NCBI GenBank assembly: GCA_964016885.1
Contig: OZ024740.1
Span: 109,120,001 to 109,184,000, forward strand
Direction: 5' to 3'
Source of the DNA: Eledone cirrhosa
Taxonomy: Eukaryota
Length of the DNA: 64,000 nucleotides
Below are positions 57,725 through 64,000 of this stretch, one piece after another (position 1 is the stretch's first letter; every line of letters begins with the position of its first letter). The notes beneath the pieces are model-generated. The model did not search any database, was not told the origin of the DNA, and saw only the letters and a list, made by a program, of their open reading frames with translations. Made by a program: the position numbers and the translations under genes.

Positions 57725-57767
57725 GTCAAAGTTCTTTCGTCACACATTCTGTGACCTCTTCAGTGAC
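57725..57767 (-). ncRNA. Penelope pLTR hammerhead ribozyme
   Basis: Minus strand: GTCA-CTGAAGA-G-GTCAC(AGAATGT)GTGAC-GAAA-GAAC-TT-TGAC. Confidence 0.7.
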
Positions 57768-58281
57768 TGGGGATTCTTTTCTTTGTTTTGTACCTCTCCT
57801 TTGTTCTGTCCTACGCCATCTTGTTTTTGTGTGCGTTGTGTGCTTAGTTTGCGCACGTGTTACATCCGGGTGTCTGTGTGTGTTTTTATTTGTTTATTTA
57901 TTTATTTTTTTCCATGTTACTGGTTGGTTGTTTGTTCTATGTGTGTGTGTTTTCATTTTGTCCTTAATTGTAAGTTGTGATGTTGCTATTCCATTCATGT
58001 TTTCTATTTAATTTTGGTTGGAGTTCATTTATGTTTATTGTCTTTGTGATTTGTCTAAACATTGCGTCTTTTCTGTGTGTAGATTTTATATTATGTTGGT
58101 GGAGTATTGATGATTGTTTTCTATCTTGAAGCTCTCGCCAGTGTTCATTTAACCGTTCTCCTATACTACGAGCTGTCTCACCTATGTACACTATATTCTT
58201 ATCTTTACATTGTCCTTCAGTACATCTTATGCTATATATTATGTTTCTAGTTTTACAGTTTGTAAACTAAGCCCCCATATT

Positions 58282-58619
58282 AACTGTAAAACTAGAAACA
58301 TAGTAAATAGCATAAGATGTACTAAGGGCAATGTAAAGATAAGAATATAGTGTATATAGGTGAGACAGCTCGTAGTATAGGAGAACGGTTAAATGAACAC
58401 TGGCGAGAGCTTCAAGATAGAAAACAATCATCAATACTCCACCAACATGCTAAAATAGAACATAAGGGCAAATTAGAGAACATAGAAATAAAAATAAAAT
58501 CTACACACAGAAAAGACGCAATGTTTAGACAAATCACAGAGGCAATAAACATAAATGAACTCCAACCAAAATTAAATAGAAAACATGAATGGAATAGCAA
58601 CATCACAACTTACAATTAA
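58282..58619 (+). pseudogene. Penelope GIY-YIG endonuclease fragment
   Basis: NCKTRNI.YSIRC...CKDKNIVYIGETARSIGERLNEH...SSILHQH...EAININELQPKLN, reconstructed from both arms. Confidence 0.9.
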
Positions 58620-59023
58620 GGACAAAATGAAAACACACACACATAGAACAAACAACCAACCAGTAACATGGAAATAAAAAAATAAATAAACAAATAAAAA
58701 CACACACAGACACCCGGATGTAACACGTGCGCAAACTAAGCACACAACACACACAAAAACAAGATGGCGTAAGACAGAACAAAGGAGAAGTACAAAACAA
58801 AGAAAAGAATCCCCAGTCACTGACGAAAGAACTTTGACAATATATGAACAACCGTCCGGTTGTGGAACCAACCAACCAACCGTAAATTTATAAAAAAAAA
58901 AAAAAAAAAAAGTTTTAATTTATAATACATTGGAGTGAAGCGACTGGTGCGTGTGTTTCTTATTGGCAACATGACCCTTCCAAAGTATAACAATATCGGT
59001 TTCAACACACGTTTTCAGAAACG

Positions 59024-59057
<34 letters not shown>

Positions 59058-59897
59058 GAAAATATAGAAATTAATGTGAGCAAGAAGCCAACAGTATTTC
59101 ATAATATATAAGTGACTATAACGTCAAAATGGAAAATAATTAACGTAAGATATGGGAAAATAATTCAAACTCAATTCAAAAAGATCAAGACAGAGATTTT
59201 ATCCATTGATTTTGTGAAATCCAGGGAAAAAACCAATAAAGTCTTAACTCAGAATAAAATAAAGTTTAAATACTCATCCTTCAATTTGGAAAAACTACAA
59301 ATGCTCTATATAGTCTTAAAAAGATTATTTCACGAAACCTTTCAGTGGTATTAGTCACGGTAGGAATCGTTCCTCAGTAGAGCTCTACACTATAACCAAA
59401 AAATCCACTGCCAAAATATGCCAAAAAGGGAATTTAAAAGCAGGCTAGTTCACCTCGTGCGGAATTATGAAAATAAACACACATGGAGAGACATGGCTGG
59501 TGACGTCAGAATGAAACGAATGTCTATTTACAAGAAACAGCAGTCAAAAACATTCCGAAAAAACTCTACAAAATGTAAGGAGTTCAGCAAAATAGCAATA
59601 TTATCGCAGTTTTAAAAAAAAAAAAGACCGGGATTAGTCACAAATAATTTTAAGCACTCTATGAAAAATTCCGAGTATATATATATATATATTAGAGTAT
59701 GGGGTTAACAGAACAGGGATGTGCTGATCACATTATGGTCTGTCGGTTGTGAATCAGGGGCCGGCTGTCGAAGAAACAACACCACGTGTTCGGCCAGTCC
59801 CCTGTATCATGAACAGAGAAATTTTTTCGGGGAAATTATTGGATTTTTCCAAATTTAAAAGTTTATTAGGAACTTTCAATGTTTATTTTAGATTTTG

Positions 59898-59955
59898 CCG
59901 TCTGAAGAGCCCAGGCTATCTAAACTGATAGCCCTCAGTGAAATATGTATAACGG
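59898..59955 (+). ncRNA. Type I hammerhead ribozyme
   Basis: CCGT-CTGAAGA-[..GGCTATC(TAAACT)GATAGCC..]-GAAA-TATGTA-TA-ACGG in a TA-flanked insert at ~59692-60003. Confidence 0.7.
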
Positions 59956-60088
59956 AGTTTTAAATAAACCTGAATTGAATAAGGCCCCGATTTTTTAAAT
60001 TAATATATATATAGTTAAAACTTAGACGGGAACAAAAAACAGAGAGGCAGTACAAATAAGAGTTTATTAGGTTCACGCTTTTGAGAGT

Positions 60089-60119
<31 letters not shown>

Positions 60120-60161
60120 GGATGACCAATTCTACCCAGTGGTAAACCACCAAATTTAAAC

Positions 60162-60203
<42 letters not shown>

Positions 60204-60599
60204 GTTTAAATTTGGTGGTTTACCACTGGGTATAATTGGTCATTTTGCAATGTTAATCGTGACGTAATAAGAGAAAAGCACTCGACGTTAAGCAACTCAT
60301 CCGTCGTTGATGTTGAATCATGTTGGTGGTGCGGGAACGGAGTCAAATATATTATAAAGTAAAATGATAGGAAGCCAAATATGTTTAATTTCCTTAATTA
60401 TTTATTTTTGCAAACACTATGTACATTTCATATATACATTTATAAATATAAGTTTCCAATATTTTAAATATACATATATGGATTCTTAACTCTTGATGGA
60501 GTCATAGGCTGTCGTTGTGATATACGGCGTGTCTTGGACATGCAAACCTGGTGGAGCAGTCTCTCTCTATATCTGAACACAACCGATTCATTCTAGTGA

Positions 60600-60660
<61 letters not shown>

Positions 60661-61220
60661 TCGATCCAGTTTTGAACTGATACTTTGTTTATTGAAATGT
60701 TTTAATGGTATTTAAATAAACTATGACGTTTTCTTCCCTGGCTGTTTTCTGTGACTTTCTTTTTCCTAGATTCTTCATATATTTACTCAGCACTCGGCAG
60801 AGGGGCAGCTGACGTCCCCCAGCTAATCAGTCAACAATCACCCCTTCCCAATACCAAGATCCTCGCCATTATCCACACCCACCAGATATCACAGCACTCG
60901 CTATCAATCCTTCCCCAGTTCCAAGCTTCCGTCCCAACCATTACCCCACTTTAAACAGCAACGGCGTCTCACTATAAGCTCCCTCCCAATACTAAGATCC
61001 CCGCCTACCACCATTACCCTCTCTAATTAGCAAGGCTCTCAATATCCTCCCTATCAATATCCGAGATTTTATCCTACCCTCACTAATTGTGTGTATGCTT
61101 AGGAGTGTGTATGTGTGTCTATGTGGGTGTGAGTGTGTGTGTGTGTACATATGTGTGTACGTAAGTGCGAGTGTGTGAGTGTATGTGTATATGTGAGTGT
61201 GTATGTGTGTGTGTGTATGT

Positions 61221-61259
<39 letters not shown>

Positions 61260-61580
61260 TAGGTGTATATGTGTGTGTTTATGTGGGTATGAGTTTGTGC
61301 GTGTTAGAGTGTACGTACTATTTCCTCACCTATTAGTCACACAGCACCCACACGCTTCCAGTCCAGGAGGGGCTGCATTCAGGCTACTGTGGGTGCAGTC
61401 CTTCCAAATTAGGAGGAACTATATAATAAAGAAAGAAGTAAGTAAAGAAAGGAAGAAAGAAAGAAAGGAAGGGAGAAAGCTAGTAAGGAAGAGGAGGGAA
61501 AGTAAGAAAGACAGGAATGTATAGGGTGCGAACATTAAAACATGAAAAACGATGCGACCAATTAGCGAAAGTTTGTTTAC

Positions 61581-61611
<31 letters not shown>

Positions 61612-61802
61612 TGTATGTATGTATGTATGTATGTATGTATGTATGTATGTATGTATGTATGTATGTTACCGATGATGTTGATCTTTCCTTCTTTGGGTTA
61701 TAGCTACTGTCACTCAGAGAGTGGGATTGGCTCAGTGCACAGTCTTTCCTCACTTTAAAAAATATCTTCACGCACAGGCATTGCACGATAGAATTAATTA
61801 AT

Positions 61803-61980
61803 TGTTTCTACTTTAGGCACAAGGTCAGCAATTACCCAGCGCATTACTGGTACTTTATTTTATCGACCCCGTAAGGATGAAAGGCAAAGTCAACCTCGGC
61901 GGGATTTGAACTCAGATCGTAAAGGGACGTAACTATGCTGGAAAGCATGGCGTCCGACCCTTTACCGATACTGCCAATCC
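61803..61980 (-). mobile_element. SINE with a 13-bp TSD nested in an RTE-derived element
   Basis: AGAATTAATTAAT at 61790-61802 and 61981-61993. Confidence 0.92.
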
Positions 61981-62314
61981 AGAATTAATTAATAATTATT
62001 AATAACGGTATATTGGGCAATGGCCATACTCGATAACGAGGGGGCAGCTATCATCATGTATGTATGTATGTATGTATGTATGAATGTGTTTATGTATGTA
62101 TGTGTTTATGTATGTATGTATGTAAAACACGTGACCCGATGTATGTACGTATGTGCGCGTATATATGTATGTGCGCGTGTGTGTGAGCGTGTGTATGTGC
62201 GTTTGACGACATACTCATATTCACATAATATATACGACGTGTACATACTTAAACACACACACATATATACGCACACATACACCATACACACATGCACATT
62301 ACTACCATTTAGAT

Positions 62315-63465
62315 AGGAAGGTTTTCAGCCCGAGGCTACATGAATGACACTGATGTAAAACCTACGACCCGAGGACATCGCTGTCACCGCCCCAGCTTGC
62401 TAGGCCATGACAGATGAACCCCGGGTGTAAAGGGTAGGGTCAGTTTTGCACGCACTGCACTTCACCTAAAAGTTCTACTGCGTAGGCTCGAAGGACATGT
62501 CTGCGACAATCAACCAGTGCAAGCTCTCTAGCGATGAGAAAACGGCAGGTGTAAGATGATACTGGAAGCCATAGTCCCAATCCTTCACGCAGGCGGTTCA
62601 GTGGTTTGGTTGTGTGATGTTGACCCGGGGACGACACTATTGTTCAGCACACCCTGAATTCTCAAGCAGCCTTCTCTAGGAACAGCACTGCTTACTCTAC
62701 ATGGAGAGGAGTCTACAAAAGGTGGCCTAATCAAAGGTCATCTCCTACACCCCAAGTTGGCAAACCACAGTCAATGGACAACTTCTCATGCGGTCGAAAT
62801 ACATCAAGGGAGAAGTACACACTAGCTCTTAGACTGGAAGTTAGCTTAAAGAAGACGGTGGTACTCCACAGGCCTGCACCCCAGGAAGAGTACCCCCCCC
62901 CCTCCATATCATATCACCATTGGTAAGACTGAACAGAAAACAGTCTATCAGCTTACCTACCTGGGCTGGACCATTACATCAGATGTCAAGATTGACAGGG
63001 AAATCAACAACAGACTGGTAAAGGCGAGCAGTGCATTTGGCAGACTGTACATACGTGTGTGGAACAATAAACAACTGAAGAAGAGTACCAAGATCAGAGT
63101 GTACAGATCCGTATTCCTTATCATCCTCTTATATGGCTCAGAATCGTGGGTTACTTATCACAACCACATTCGATTCCTCGAGCACTTCAACTAGCGCTGA
63201 CTCTGCACCGTTCTTAACATCCACTGAAGCCACTTTGTCACCAATGTTGAACTCCTTGAACGGGTAGAGGTCACCAACATCAAGGCCACGCTGTTTCAGT
63301 GTCAGCTAAGCTGAGCGAGGCACGTCTCCGGGATGAAGGATCCTCACCTGCCCAGGATCACGCTGTATAGCGGACTCTCTACTAGCCATCGCAACAGGGG
63401 GCACCAATGAAGCGATACAAAGACTATTTGAGCAAACCCCTTGGTGCCTGTCACATCGATCATAG
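62315..63465 (+). mobile_element. Decayed, internally deleted RTE (BovB-like) LINE
   Basis: ~62980-63160 reads DVKIDREINNRLVKASSAFGRLYIRVWNNKQLKKSTKIRVYRSVFLIILLYGSESWVTY, with many stops downstream. The 5' boundary is uncertain. Confidence 0.8.
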
Positions 63466-64000
63466 TGTGGGTAAAAAAAATCCCAATATTCTCTTGTGAG
63501 AGTGTCGGAGTTCTATGTGCATCCCTTTCTCATAATTACGCTCCCCATTCTCCCAAATAAAATAAATTCAACTACAGTTTGGCAAGCCGACAAACCTAGT
63601 TGATATAACTATACTAAAAAAATTGCAAAGCTTGCATTTTTTACTACACAGTCCATATTCACCCAACCCAAATCATGTGACAGGTCACAAGACCATATTA
63701 CTATCCCCATCGAATAGCATAATCCCTCAATGCTGCAACGTATTGATGCTGAGAAATTATTTATATTGAATTAAAGAATACCAATTATTTTATATTTAAT
63801 TTAATCATACACATTTGTATATTTATACGTGTATGATTATGTGTATGATTAAATTATATAATAATTTATATAATTTAATATATAATTTGCAAACTAATTC
63901 AAATTTGTGTAAAACTCACCCTTTAAGGTTCAGTAATGCGTCTTTCTAAGGTGTGCGCCATGGGCGGCTGCCCAGAACTGTTACATGGTAGGATACTTTC

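Larger units (their letters stand above)
57568..59026. mobile_element. Penelope-like element 3' portion as an inverted pair (left arm -, right arm +)
   Basis: Arms 57568-58260 and 58282-59026 are reverse complements. Both encode GIY-YIG; the HHR is intact in the left arm; (TA)n lies on both sides. Confidence 0.92.

Noticed and set aside
59112-59615. Short Lys-rich ORFs beside the Penelope fragment
   Set aside because: No recognisable motif. They may be a decayed PLE N-terminus, but this is unsupported.

Overview
AT-rich, microsatellite-dense animal genomic DNA, almost all of it repeats. The SINE families and overall texture suggest an octopus or other cephalopod, but that is inference. No complete host gene is visible, only two candidate isolated terminal exons (27774-28057, and more weakly 7438-7586). 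Recognisable mobile elements are: a young 5'-truncated L1/Tx1-type LINE with an uninterrupted ~3.2 kb ORF2; several RTE LINE remnants, including a bipartite non-autonomous RTE; CR1 and CRE-like 3' ends; a decayed hAT; an internally deleted mariner plus Tc1/mariner MITEs; four non-autonomous Helitrons (one keeps a Pif1 helicase C-terminus); many tRNA-derived SINEs; and an inverted Penelope-like GIY-YIG fragment. The main signal not shown by the ORF track is a dense set of type I hammerhead ribozyme (HHR) motifs: about 14 near-complete ones plus several half or degenerate ones, in at least 8 apparently unrelated repeat families. They sit almost always in (TA)n-flanked inserts, many with inverted arms whose 3' ends point outward. 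One family is a non-coding ~440-bp tandem unit present at three loci (a retrozyme candidate). Two families carry the compensatory U3:A8 core variant. All folds were read by eye, and no activity has been shown.
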